Assembly: GCF_001194135.2 (NCBI RefSeq)
Contig: NC_068998.1
Span: forward strand, 10,535,924 to 10,578,887
Direction: 5' to 3'
Length of the DNA stretch: 42,964 nucleotides
From: Octopus bimaculoides
Lineage: Eukaryota
A program made the position numbers and the translations under genes. The notes under the pieces were generated by a model. It was not told the origin of the DNA. It saw only the letters and a list, made by a program, of their open reading frames with translations, and did not search any database. The first letter of the stretch is position 1. Every line of letters starts with the position of its first letter. Of this stretch, positions 1 through 10,389 are shown piece after piece.

Positions 1-101
1 TCTCTCTCTCTCTCTCTCTGCATATCTTTTACGTCATACGAATTGTCAATCAAATGCAGATGTGAACTTTCCGCCATTGTTCCTCATTCGGCATGACGTA
101 G

Positions 102-185
<84 letters not shown>

Positions 186-346
186 GTGAAATATCTCAAT
201 AAAACTCATTTATAAGATGCAAGTGCATACATACGTACATACATATATACATACACACAAATACACATGTATGTATTATATACATTATCAAGATCTCATA
301 CGGGTAACTACTCATGATGCAATTGACAATAATTTTGCATTAATTA

Positions 347-396
<50 letters not shown>

Positions 397-645
397 TACA
401 CACACTAACACACGCACACGTACACACACATACAAACCATTTGCACGCACATACACGCACATACATACTCATGTATACTTACACACAAATGTGCATGCAT
501 ACGTTTGTGACAAGTGTACTCAAGGAAAAAGAAACGATGATGACGATGGAGACGATGATGAGGAAGGTGATAATGATGAAGATGATGATGATGATGACGA
601 TGATGATGGCGGTGGTGGTGAAGAGGAGTAGGAGTAGTAGTTGGA

Positions 646-720
646 GGAGGAAGGAGAGTAGGAGGAAGGAGAGTAGGAGGAAGGAGAGTAGGAGGAAGGA
701 GAGTAGGAGGAAGGAGAGTA
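646..720. repeat. 15-bp minisatellite (GGAGGAAGGAGAGTA)x5 within degenerate GAT/GGA microsatellites
   Basis: Five perfect units read directly. Confidence 0.95.
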
Positions 721-799
721 GGAGGAAGAAGAAAAAGAAGAGGTGGAGGAAGGGGAAGTAGTGGAGGAACAGGAGGAGGTGGTGGAGGACAACGACGAC

Positions 800-1724
800 N
801 NNNNNNNNNNNNNNNNNNNNNNNNNNNNNNNNNNNNNNNNNNNNNNNNNNNNNNNNNNNNNNNNNNNNNNNNNNNNNNNNNNNNNNNNNNNNNNNNNNNN
901 NNNNNNNNNNNNNNNNNNNNNNNNNNNNNNNNNNNNNNNNNNNNNNNNNNNNNNNNNNNNNNNNNNNNNNNNNNNNNNNNNNNNNNNNNNNNNNNNNNNN
1001 NNNNNNNNNNNNNNNNNNNNNNNNNNNNNNNNNNNNNNNNNNNNNNNNNNNNNNNNNNNNNNNNNNNNNNNNNNNNNNNNNNNNNNNNNNNNNNNNNNNN
1101 NNNNNNNNNNNNNNNNNNNNNNNNNNNNNNNNNNNNNNNNNNNNNNNNNNNNNNNNNNNNNNNNNNNNNNNNNNNNNNNNNNNNNNNNNNNNNNNNNNNN
1201 NNNNNNNNNNNNNNNNNNNNNNNNNNNNNNNNNNNNNNNNNNNNNNNNNNNNNNNNNNNNNNNNNNNNNNNNNNNNNNNNNNNNNNNNNNNNNNNNNNNN
1301 NNNNNNNNNNNNNNNNNNNNNNNNNNNNNNNNNNNNNNNNNNNNNNNNNNNNNNNNNNNNNNNNNNNNNNNNNNNNNNNNNNNNNNNNNNNNNNNNNNNN
1401 NNNNNNNNNNNNNNNNNNNNNNNNNNNNNNNNNNNNNNNNNNNNNNNNNNNNNNNNNNNNNNNNNNNNNNNNNNNNNNNNNNNNNNNNNNNNNNNNNNNN
1501 NNNNNNNNNNNNNNNNNNNNNNNNNNNNNNNNNNNNNNNNNNNNNNNNNNNNNNNNNNNNNNNNNNNNNNNNNNNNNNNNNNNNNNNNNNNNNNNNNNNN
1601 NNNNNNNNNNNNNNNNNNNNNNNNNNNNNNNNNNNNNNNNNNNNNNNNNNNNNNNNNNNNNNNNNNNNNNNNNNNNNNNNNNNNNNNNNNNNNNNNNNNN
1701 NNNNNNNNNNNNNNNNNNNNNNNN
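800..1724. other. Assembly gap (925 N) hiding the precursor C-terminus. Other gaps: 10478-10924, 14110-14400, 29614-29699, 31583-31906, 32856-33334, 35736-35745
   Basis: Runs of n; most are bordered by microsatellites. Confidence 1.
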
Positions 1725-1859
1725 GTCTGTGTTCCTTGCTGTCTTCGTCACTATTCAGGCCAGTAAGAGGCACCTCCTTATCTGGTTTGGGGTCGGATTT
1801 TTTCACTCTGGGCGAGTTCTGTTGGTTGCCAAACATCAACACCTCTTTGGCTCTTTTCT
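1725..1859 (-). CDS. GNXQN: Neuropeptide precursor (GNXQN/GNQQNxP family), second coding exon containing the mature peptide; 3' end lost in the N gap
   Basis: Acceptor tgtttctttgcag|AG in phase 1, matching the donor at 10155/10154 (G+AG = Glu). The frame is open to the gap: (E)KRAKEVLMFGNQQNSPRVKKSDPKPDKEVPLTGLNSDEDSKEHR. The FGNQQNSP motif lies between KR and KK dibasic sites and matches the annelid/mollusc GNXQN family as I recall it. Confidence 0.85.
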
Positions 1860-1871
1860 CTGCAAAGAAAC

Positions 1872-1951
<80 letters not shown>

Positions 1952-1984
1952 GTCGTTATTAACGGCGGAAACAGTGTCATTTCA

Positions 1985-2118
1985 AAAGAGACCGATGGAA
2001 TAAATACTAGGCTTAGCAAAGAATAAGTCCTGGAGTCGATTTCTGCGACTAAAAATCCTTTAAGACGGTACTCCAGCATGGGCGCAGTCAAATGACTGAA
2101 ACAAGTAACAAAATAACA
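1985..2118 (+). mobile_element. CORE-type SINE, 3' tail fragment
   Basis: ...aataaatactaggcttagcaaagaataagtcctggagtcgatt...ctccagcatgggcgcagtcaaatgactgaaacaagt matches the tail of the full-length copies. Confidence 0.75.
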
Positions 2119-3054
2119 ACAGAATATTGTAGAAATCCACACAACTGTGGTATTCGCCTCGAGAAAGTATCTCGTATCGACGTCTAGTGTTAAAAAGCAC
2201 GGAGGAATATCAGTTGCCTCTGGCGGACGATTTTCTTCTGTTATATAGGTATTGCCCAAGGTCGAACATTCCTGACGAAGTCTCTCCACAATTATGCGAT
2301 TGTTCTGTCATAGTTTGTTTTACGGTTGCTAATATGGGGTCGCAACTCTTCCTGTAAGCCTGCAGTTTCCTGCATACTAGAGCTTGTGTGCCTGTCAAAA
2401 CAGATGCCAATAGACCAATCTGTCGTTGTTTGCCAAGTTAAACTCCTGTATATCCGTAGGAGATATACAGGTTTATGAAGGTTGACTTCCTTTCGTCATA
2501 TTCCTGATAGGGGTGGCTAAACGGGTACTATGCCTGGCCAAAGGGCAACCCATATCTATTCAAAACACGATCGTCTGCTACTGTGTGGCGTTCTACAGTA
2601 TATCTGCGTTAAGTAAATTATACGGAATGCTATTTCGAAATATAAAATCGGTTTATAAAATAGAAAATTGTAATTACGTCAGACGACTGACATTAATAAT
2701 TTGAAACACTTTCATCATATCTCAACATAACAAGAACAAAAACTACAACAAAAATGCTTATATTCCATGCCTGTATGCGCATAGAACAACTATTATGTCA
2801 TGCTGTGTTTAAATTTGTTTCTCTCCAAACCTGTTAGGCTTCTAGGTAGAAACTGATCATGTATAAATTGAGTTCACTTTCGAATCTCTTTTATACGGGA
2901 TATATATATATACTTAGCTTTAAAAGCACATAAATGTATTCTGCTGCATTGAGTTTATGATTTAATAATGCAGTGTGTCGTACTATATTTAATATAAATT
3001 TAGTCTTGCAGAGTGAGCGAAACTTTTCAATATATCCATAGGCTTAACCAAACA

Positions 3055-3412
3055 AACGTAGATAATAGACAGCAGGTTTCTAATAGGTTAGCTTTCATCA
3101 GTTCTTAATTTCTGCAATCCCGCAGAGAGATCGCACTTAGCAGTTGTGGCATAGTACACAACTCTAGTGTACAGGCTAGTAGGCTAGTTTACATAACAGT
3201 GTTACTTTGACAACTTATAAAAGCACTCTTTAAAAAAATTCTCTAGCCAAGCAAGCGTATCTAACAGGACAGCGGATTTCTAGCAGGTTAACCACATCAG
3301 TTCTTTTGAACTCCGCAGTTTTGTTAAAAGATCGCAGCAAACAACTGCAATATAGAACACGATTTTATTGTACAAATGGGTAAGCTAAATTTGACAACTG
3401 ATAAAAATTCTG
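3055..3412. repeat. Old ~200-bp tandem duplication
   Basis: gacagcaggtttctaataggttag...catcagttctt...agatcgca...tttgacaacttataaaa versus gacagcggatttctagcaggttaa...catcagttctt...agatcgca...tttgacaactgataaaa. Confidence 0.7.
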
Positions 3413-3480
3413 TTTTTACACATACATTTCAGCAAGGCAATTGAAAAAAAAAAAAGAAAATTCGGTAACACCGAGATATA

Positions 3481-3566
3481 GGCGCAGGAGTGGCTGTGTG
3501 GTAAGTAGCTTGCTTACAAACCACATGGTTCTGGGTTCAGTCCCACTCTGTCAGTTCGCTACCTTG
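3481..3566 (+). mobile_element. CORE-type SINE, tRNA-like head only
   Basis: ggcgcaggagtggctgtgtggtaagtagcttgcttacaaaccacatggttctgggttcagtccc, containing A and B boxes. Confidence 0.75.
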
Positions 3567-3794
3567 AAATCAATAAATGTAACCAGGAAATGTAATACAT
3601 GGATAATCCCAGAGCCCAGTATTCGATACTTGGCAAAACTAATAACGATATTGGCTTCTTACATAGGCATCATGATGTAAAGAGCTGTAATTAAATACCG
3701 CAAGGTATTCTGTCCGATTCTTTAGTGCCAGTATTTAATTGCTAATTGTTTTATTGAGACCAGAAGATAATGACTATCTCAATAGAATTTGGAT

Positions 3795-4640
3795 GAAAAT
3801 CTTAAGGGGACAAAGTCATCGTTTCGTTCGATGTTCCATCGATTTTTATTCTCTACGACCTTGTTTGGCAAAAATAAGGAAAAATTATTAATAATGGTTT
3901 CTAATTTGGAAATTTTGGTAGGAGGGAACAGTCAATTATATCATTCTCAGTTCTTGACAGGTAATTTATTTTATCGAATCTGAAAGGGTAAATAGCAATG
4001 TCGATCGTAATGGAATTCGAACACAGAACATTTAGGGTCATAACTAAATATGATAAAGCATTTTGCCTAACTCTCTGACGATTCTGCTAACCAAACGCTT
4101 TTTAAAAATAATAATTTCTAACACAGGCACAAAGATTTGGGGGTAAAGGCAAGTCGATTAAATTGACTCTGAAAGAATGCAAGGCAAAGTTGACTTCGGT
4201 GGGATTTGAGTTCAGAATGTATCAACCCCAGTACTTGACTGGTGCTTTATTTTATCGACCACAAACTAATGGAAGGCAAAATTGATCTCGGCAATATTTG
4301 AGGTCAGAACAGATCTACTCGTAGAGCTTCACTGCTTCTTTATTTACTTTATTTTATCGACCACGAAAGAATGAAAGAGGAAGTTGATTTCGACAGGATT
4401 TGACCCCAGGAAATAACGAACTCAAATCTTGATCAGTACTTTATATCATCAATCCTAAATGGATGAAAGACAAAGTCGACATTGAAAGGATTTAATCTAA
4501 GAAAGCATCGAACTTAGTACTGGATTGGTGCTTTATTTTATCGACCAAAGCAACAAAAGAAAAATAGGAAAAAGATGGAAGACGAAGTTGACCTCAAGAG
4601 GATTTGAACTCAGAACGTAAGAAGTCGAAATAAATACCTT
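3795..4640 (-). repeat. Head-to-tail stack of about 7 degenerate internal Meta-SINE segments
   Basis: The unit ttattttatcgacc...aa(t/g)gaaaggcaaagt(c/t)gac...ggatttga(a)ctcagaac recurs at ~3800, 3966, 4150, 4245, 4349, 4440 and 4534. Confidence 0.65.
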
Positions 4641-5551
4641 GCGGTATTTATTGCTTCCGACGTTCTAACAATTAAACCAATTTACAACTTTCGATCCATC
4701 GGAATAACCATAACCGAACTATGGCATTTGCCTTCAAATGTCAACAGCGATCGACCTCGGATAATATTTAAACCAAAGTCACCGTTGTTAAATCACTCCA
4801 CCAAAGAGCAAGGTTAATTAAAACACTCTAACCGGATAACGATCTCCACAGAAATTTAGGATGACCGAAGCAGATTTTAATTAATAATGGATTACATTAA
4901 TACACCAGATGAATCGTGATAACATTGCTTTTTCACAGCTAAAAGAGACACAACAAGTATAGCTGTAATACAATTAACCAGTAACCAAACTTTCATGTAA
5001 AAACCCGAACGAATTTCATTAAGCACACTCCCTTATTCTTTTATTTATCGAAAGGTCTTTGAAGTGCGGCCATGTTATGGAATTGCTTTTCAAGAGTTTT
5101 AGTGGTTTTAGTGGTTTTATAACGATTCTAGGAGTTTGCATGGTACATATTTAATCGACATCAGGGTGGGGAAAAGGCTGAAAGGAGAAAATATTGAACG
5201 AACGTAAAGGGACGTAACCAAGATGGGTCAAATTAATGTAGAGCATTTTCTTTTGACCACGACTTTGTGAACCCATGCCTATAGACATACACATTTGGAG
5301 AAAAGTATGGCTGGACTTCGGTTCTTGGTGGGGGACGAAGCAGACCTTTAGTTCATACACTACAAAATATCGCGACGTCTGGATTAATAAAAATCTGCAA
5401 GACCTTTTTAAGATTTAAATGATGATGAAGAAAACAAGATGCTTTCTTTTACAATCTTGCTACGAAACAGGTGGCCGGTCAAAATTTAATCCATATTACA
5501 AAGAGAAAGAGAATACACATACATACATACATACATACATACATACATACA

Positions 5552-5599
<48 letters not shown>

Positions 5600-5602
<3 letters not shown>

Positions 5603-6135
5603 CTAGACGTGATCCTAGACCTGAAAACAAGCCAGCACTACCCTTACAAGAAGGCCAGCGTGGCGACTGTAGACATTCATAGAAGTTCGAATCACCTCAC
5701 CCTTGCTATAATTAGAAACCTAGTCCCAGGCGTTACCAGAAGAATATTCAAGCTTTCGCTGATAAGGATGTCATCAATAGGGCCGCCCTCCACTACAATG
5801 ATGCTTTGGAGAGGAGTGGGTTTACTGAGAAGTTAAAATATATGGAGGACTCTTAACCCCCAACCCCGCACTTGATGAAGACTAGAAAGAGGAAGATAAT
5901 CTAGTTCAATGCTCCATATAGCTTAGAAGTTTGCACCAACGTGGCGAGGAGCTTCCTGTCATTGATTAAGAAGCATATCCCCAGGGGCTACGAGTACTAC
6001 AAGCTCTTCAACCTATATAACATCAAGGCGAGGTACTCTTGCTTAGATAACATCACTTCTAATATTGCACGCTACGACAGACACAAAAAAGCATGCGCAC
6101 AACCGCCAGCCTCAATCTGTAACTGTCGAAGCCCT
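5600..6135 (+). pseudogene. Penelope-like retroelement fragment (Naiad-type RT C-terminus/thumb, linker and start of the Cys motif), decayed
   Basis: FLDVILDLKTSQHYPYKK...SSNHLTLAIIRNL...RRIFKLS, then a frameshift, then DKDVINRAALHYNDALERSGF...RKRKII*FNAPYS..TNVARSFLSLIKKH...KLFN..NIKARYSC..NI...CNCRS. This resembles PLE RT/linker motifs (RKRxIIWFNPP; CNCR). There are two in-frame stops and one frameshift. It is cut by a SINE at ~6137. Confidence 0.8.
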
Positions 6136-6136
6136 A

Positions 6137-6262
6137 CCGGTGTTCGTGTGTTTACGTACTCGTCATTTAGTGGTTCGGCAAAAGAGACCGACAGACTAAG
6201 TACCAGGTTTAAAAAGGAAATAAGTACTAGGGTCGGTTAATTTGATTAAAATTCTTCAGGTG
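6137..6262 (+). mobile_element. CORE-type SINE 3' half, directly after the Penelope-like fragment
   Basis: ccggtgttcgtgtgtttacgt...ggttcggcaaaagagaccgacagactaagtaccagg matches the 3' half of the 24680-25085 copy. Confidence 0.7.
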
Positions 6263-6862
6263 TCATTAGCGTCAATAACAATTCTTTTAAAGGAAACTAA
6301 GGAAGAGAAGACTGAGACTGAAAGTGGCTAAAAATTAAATAGCGATACATAGTGGGTGGGGCAATGTGATTTTTGGTTGGTACAATGATAAATCCATATA
6401 TATTTCAATCTTATTAGGCCTTCTCAGCCAGAGATTGTATTTATTACACATTCTCATCAGGTCTTAAAATGTGTGTGAGGATAAAAAAAATTTGTGCAAG
6501 AATTTATTCAATGAAATGTGGTTTTAGTTGATATATTATGTTTGATTGGTAGCTTTCGTTTTTGCAGAAATATTAATAGCTTTAAGATGAAAACCATGCT
6601 GCCACCACCACCACCACCACCAGCAACAACAACAACAACGACGACGACAACAACAACAACAGCAGCACGCAACAACAGTAGCAAAACAACATCAACAACA
6701 ATAACTACAACATCCGGATTCTCTTGTCGACTAATCCAAAGCTTTGAATGTTCTTCAAACTCATTTCGTCTGCTTCTTCCAATCCCTGTCTTGTTCTATT
6801 GATTCAGTTAGATGCCAAATAAATAAAAAAACGAAATAAAATAATAATAATAATAATAATAA

Positions 6863-6930
<68 letters not shown>

Positions 6931-7659
6931 ACAACAACAAATATTATTATTATGATTATTACTATTATTATTGTTGTTGTTGTTATTATTATTGTTATCA
7001 TTATTATTATTGTTATGAAAAGTGATAGGAAACACGAAATCACAGAAACGATAACAGCTGCAATAATATTTGCAACAGCCTACATCAGCATCGCTACTAC
7101 GAGTGCAACAGCAACAGCCAAATCAACAAAAGTAGAATAAAGACATCCTCAACAGCAGCAGCAGCAGCAGCAAAAAGTAAAAATGGCAAAGAAAAATAAA
7201 AAACAAAACGAGGCAAAAACAAATGCAAGAACAAAGCAACATCTATAATAATTTCAACTATTGCAATGACTACAAATTCAAGTGAAACAATAATAACAAC
7301 ATTTGCAACAATAGCACAAAATAGCAACGAGTCAATGAGGCAATCTTTATACCGGTTGCCAGGTTTGCAAGAAGATGAGAGGACCACAAATGGAACCACA
7401 GTCGAAGGATCGAAATTCTTACTCAATCATAAAGAATAACAAGCTGGCATGGGAACCTCAACAAAATGAGTCGACTTGCTAAAAATGGCAGCCTAACCTC
7501 TGTCTCAAATAACACTCAATAGTCTAAAATAACCATCCTCGACAGTTTTTGCACTACGAACTGCTATCATGCAACACAAGTTTCTCCCATAGACCGGGGG
7601 ATCACGCGTATAACAAAACACAATAAACTGCATAATCTATAATTCAACTATTACATATA

Positions 7660-7878
7660 GACGTGGCTGAGTGGTAAGAAGCCTCTTTGCCAACCACATA
7701 GTTCCGGGTTCAAAGCCACTGCTCATTGCGTGACAATTTGGGCAAGTGTCTTCTACTATAGCCTCGGACCAACCAAAGCCTTGTGAGTGGATTTGGTAGA
7801 CGGAAACTGAAAGAAGCCTGTTGTGTTTCTGTGTGTCGTTGTGTGTTTTTGTGTTTGTGTTTATATATATATATGTAT

Positions 7879-7956
<78 letters not shown>

Positions 7957-8270
7957 ATGCGTATCTATGTGAGTATGTTTGTGTTCATGTTTGTCTCCAA
8001 CATCGCTTGACAACTGTTGTTGGTTTACTTACGTTCCTGTAACTTAGCAGTTCAAGAAAGCGACCAATAAAATAAGTGCCAGGCTTAAAGAAACAACAAT
8101 AAATATTGGAGTCAAGTCGTTTAATTAAACCAGTACAAGGCCGTGCCACAGCATTTCAGTGACGCAGCATGACAGTGCCACAGCATGGCAGTGCCATAGT
8201 ATGGCGATGCCGTACCATGGTGGCGCTCAAGCATGGCTGCAGTCCAATGACTGAAATAAATGAAAGGTAA
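7660..8270 (+). mobile_element. tRNA-derived CORE-type SINE (OR2-like), full length
   Basis: A box (tggctgagtggtaag), B box (gggttcaaagcc), CORE-like tttgggcaagtgtcttctactatagcc, central (TA)n(TG)n and tail ...cagcatggctgcagtccaatgactgaaa. Homologous copies occur throughout the window. The family name is from memory. Confidence 0.8.
8143..8238. repeat. 16-bp degenerate minisatellite x6 inside a SINE tail
   Basis: gtgccacagcatttca/gtgacgcagcatgaca/gtgccacagcatggca/gtgccatagtatggcg/atgccgtaccatggtg/gcgctcaagcatggct. Confidence 0.85.
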
Positions 8271-9157
8271 TATCATAGGAGATAAAGAATCGATTCGCTG
8301 CAAATATCTTTGGGAATTATCATCCACACCACGCTATGTTTTCTAATTTCAGGATAAAACTAGATACTGCATCGCAAATTAGTTTCCTCAAACAGATAAA
8401 ATGTATCGATTTTGAGTTTTTTTTCCCCCTATCAATTTATAAAGAAAATTAGATCTTTTATTTTTTCTTTATCAGAGTGTGGCATTTATCTAATCTTTTG
8501 AAGGATAGTGTTGATGGCCTTCTTTATTTCCTCTTGATTGGCAAGATTAGACATAAATCTTCATGTTAGTAGTTAGCCGGAAAGAAAATGGTATGTTTTT
8601 GTAGTTCAGACAGACGTCCTTATCAGGAAAATGAGTTAACGAAAGTATTAGTTTGTCTTTGTTTTGACATAGATTAGTGAAGGTCGAGTAAGACCTGTGA
8701 TTTAAGTAATTTCAGCATTGGCCATACTGTTTCGTTATTTATTTATTTATTTAGGCATAGGTGCAGGCATGGGTCTGTAGTTTACGAATTCCACTTTGTA
8801 ACCACACGTTTTGGGGTTCGGATCTTCTGCGTAGCATTTTGAGTGTCTTCTGCAATTAAAGCCTTGAGCTGATTATTGCCATATGAGTGAATATGACAGA
8901 CGGAGGCGCTGTGAAAATACATATACATACGTACAAACACATCCACACGCACTCACACACATATTTATATGCATATGTGTGTGCGTGCGCGCACACGTGT
9001 GATTAGTGGTTAAGGTTTGCAGCCATAGTCGTAATATTGTTTCCCTTCCTGGATCGGGCTATGCGTGTGTTCTTCAGTAAGTTCTCATTGTCCCGGTCCA
9101 CGCAGCTGGCAAAAATGAGTAACCCTTCGACGTCACAAAAACCGAGAAAATGGCCTT

Positions 9158-9990
9158 GTGCGGTGAATAAATTGTCGTCTAAATTACGCAAAAATGAAAA
9201 TAACACTGACATCTCATTTTATGATATATTTACCAAAATTACATAAAAATATCTGGAAATGCTAAAGAGCCAATTTATTCAATAAAATCGCCATTGCCTT
9301 CAACCACGGCCTCCAGACAACTTCGGAACCTCCCGCAACTCTTCTGGACAGTCTCCTTGTTTAAGTTGGTGAATACTGCCATGATTCTTGCCTCCAGTTC
9401 ATCTTTGGTGTTACAAGGAGTTTTGTTGGTCTCTCGCTCAACTGCGTTCCATACATAATAACCAAGCGGGGTGCAGTCTGAGGAGTTAAGTGGTCAGATG
9501 TTAGGAGAGATGTGGTCACAGAAATTATCTGACAGCCATGATTGAATTCTCCTGCTTGTGTGGCATGGTGCAAAGTCCTGTTGCCAGACACAGGGTCTTC
9601 CAGCATCCACCCTCTTGATCCAGGGCAGCACTATCTCCTCCAGGCACTTGATGTAGGCCTCCGGGTTGAGTCTGAGGCCGTGTGGGAAGATGAATAGAGG
9701 CATAACTTCGCCGTCACTAGTGATCCCTTCGAACACCATGATGCTGGTTGGATGTTTGCTTTTTATCACTTTCGGTACATGTTCGTATTGGAGCTTCCGG
9801 TGCGAATGCCAAGAAGTACAGCATGTCGTTTCCAAATTTCTGGCAGAGTGAATTGCGTCATGGTGCTATTTTTCTCACAGACGGTGCCCATCATAGAATG
9901 CCTATTATATTGACAAAATCAAAAACAAAGAATACGCTTGCGCAAAATTAAATATATAAAATGGCGACAACTTACTCATCGCACCCTTTA
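9158..9990 (-). mobile_element. Tc1/mariner maT (DD37D) DNA transposon, internally deleted and non-autonomous
   Basis: Imperfect TIRs at 9158-9177 (gtgcggtgaataaattgtcg) and 9965-9984 (cgacaacttactcatcgcac). Transposase C-terminus ...VWQQDFAPCH...NSSDCTPLGYYVW...EAVVEGNGDFIE* has 37 residues between the second D and the third catalytic position, which is G here. The N-terminus MTQFTLPEIWKRHAVLLGIR (ATG 9861) is fused out of frame near 9780. Confidence 0.85.
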
Positions 9991-10154
9991 TGTATGTATG
10001 TATATATATACATCGTACTAAACTTGGAAAAAACAATAAAACCTATTGGTGGCTAAGCTGGTCAAATGAAACCCTGCAAGGAGGTGCTCCAGCATGACCG
10101 CAGTCCAATAACTGAAATATGTAGAATAATATGTAGAATAATAAATAGCGTTAC

Positions 10155-10290
10155 CTGCGTGGCTGTTTCTGTCAGTATTGAGTGGCATTGCCTTCTCATC
10201 GCCGTCTTTCTTTTTTCTCATTTCCATGGGATGACTGCAACATACCATCACTACCAGCGAGATTATCGCGAGACTTATTAGCAGTCTCAT
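10155..10290 (-). CDS. GNXQN: Neuropeptide precursor (GNXQN/GNQQNxP family), first coding exon: signal peptide plus N-terminal propeptide
   Basis: The ATG at 10290 has A at -3 (aaccaaccATG). It encodes MRLLISLAIISLVVMVCCS|HPMEMRKKKDGDEKAMPLNTDRNSHA+G: basic n-region, hydrophobic h-region, small residues before HP. The exon ends at a strong phase-1 donor GCAG|gtaacg. An upstream acceptor, (CT)n-ccaatcag|, puts the exon start at 10335 with 45 nt of 5'UTR. Confidence 0.85.
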
Positions 10291-10342
10291 GGTTGGTTCT
10301 TATTTCAATTGCTCGTGTAAACGTTGTTTCTATGCCTGATTG

Positions 10343-10389
<47 letters not shown>

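Larger units (their letters stand above)
1860..10154 (-). other. Predicted 8295-bp phase-1 GT-AG intron of the neuropeptide gene
   Basis: GT at 10154-10153 and AG at 1861-1860 on the minus strand. Splicing creates the in-frame HAE-KR cleavage context. The interval is filled with transposons and microsatellites. Confidence 0.75.

Noticed and set aside
405-2289. Long ORFs of 448, 589 and 377 aa
   Set aside because: They consist of N-gap codons and microsatellite translation. Only 1725-1859 of the minus-strand 589-aa frame is real coding sequence.
2210-2410. 66-aa minus-strand ORF as an extra exon of the precursor
   Set aside because: There are no convincing flanking splice sites, stops occur in adjacent sequence, and the peptide has no recognisable motif.
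2445-2471. 10-bp stem-loop cctgtatatc/gatatacagg
   Set aside because: Short enough to arise by chance in 43 kb, with no supporting context.
10018-10154. 3' part of the 90-aa ORF 10018-10290 as a single-exon secreted protein
   Set aside because: After the donor at 10154 the frame runs into an antisense SINE tail. The spliced model explains the sequence better.
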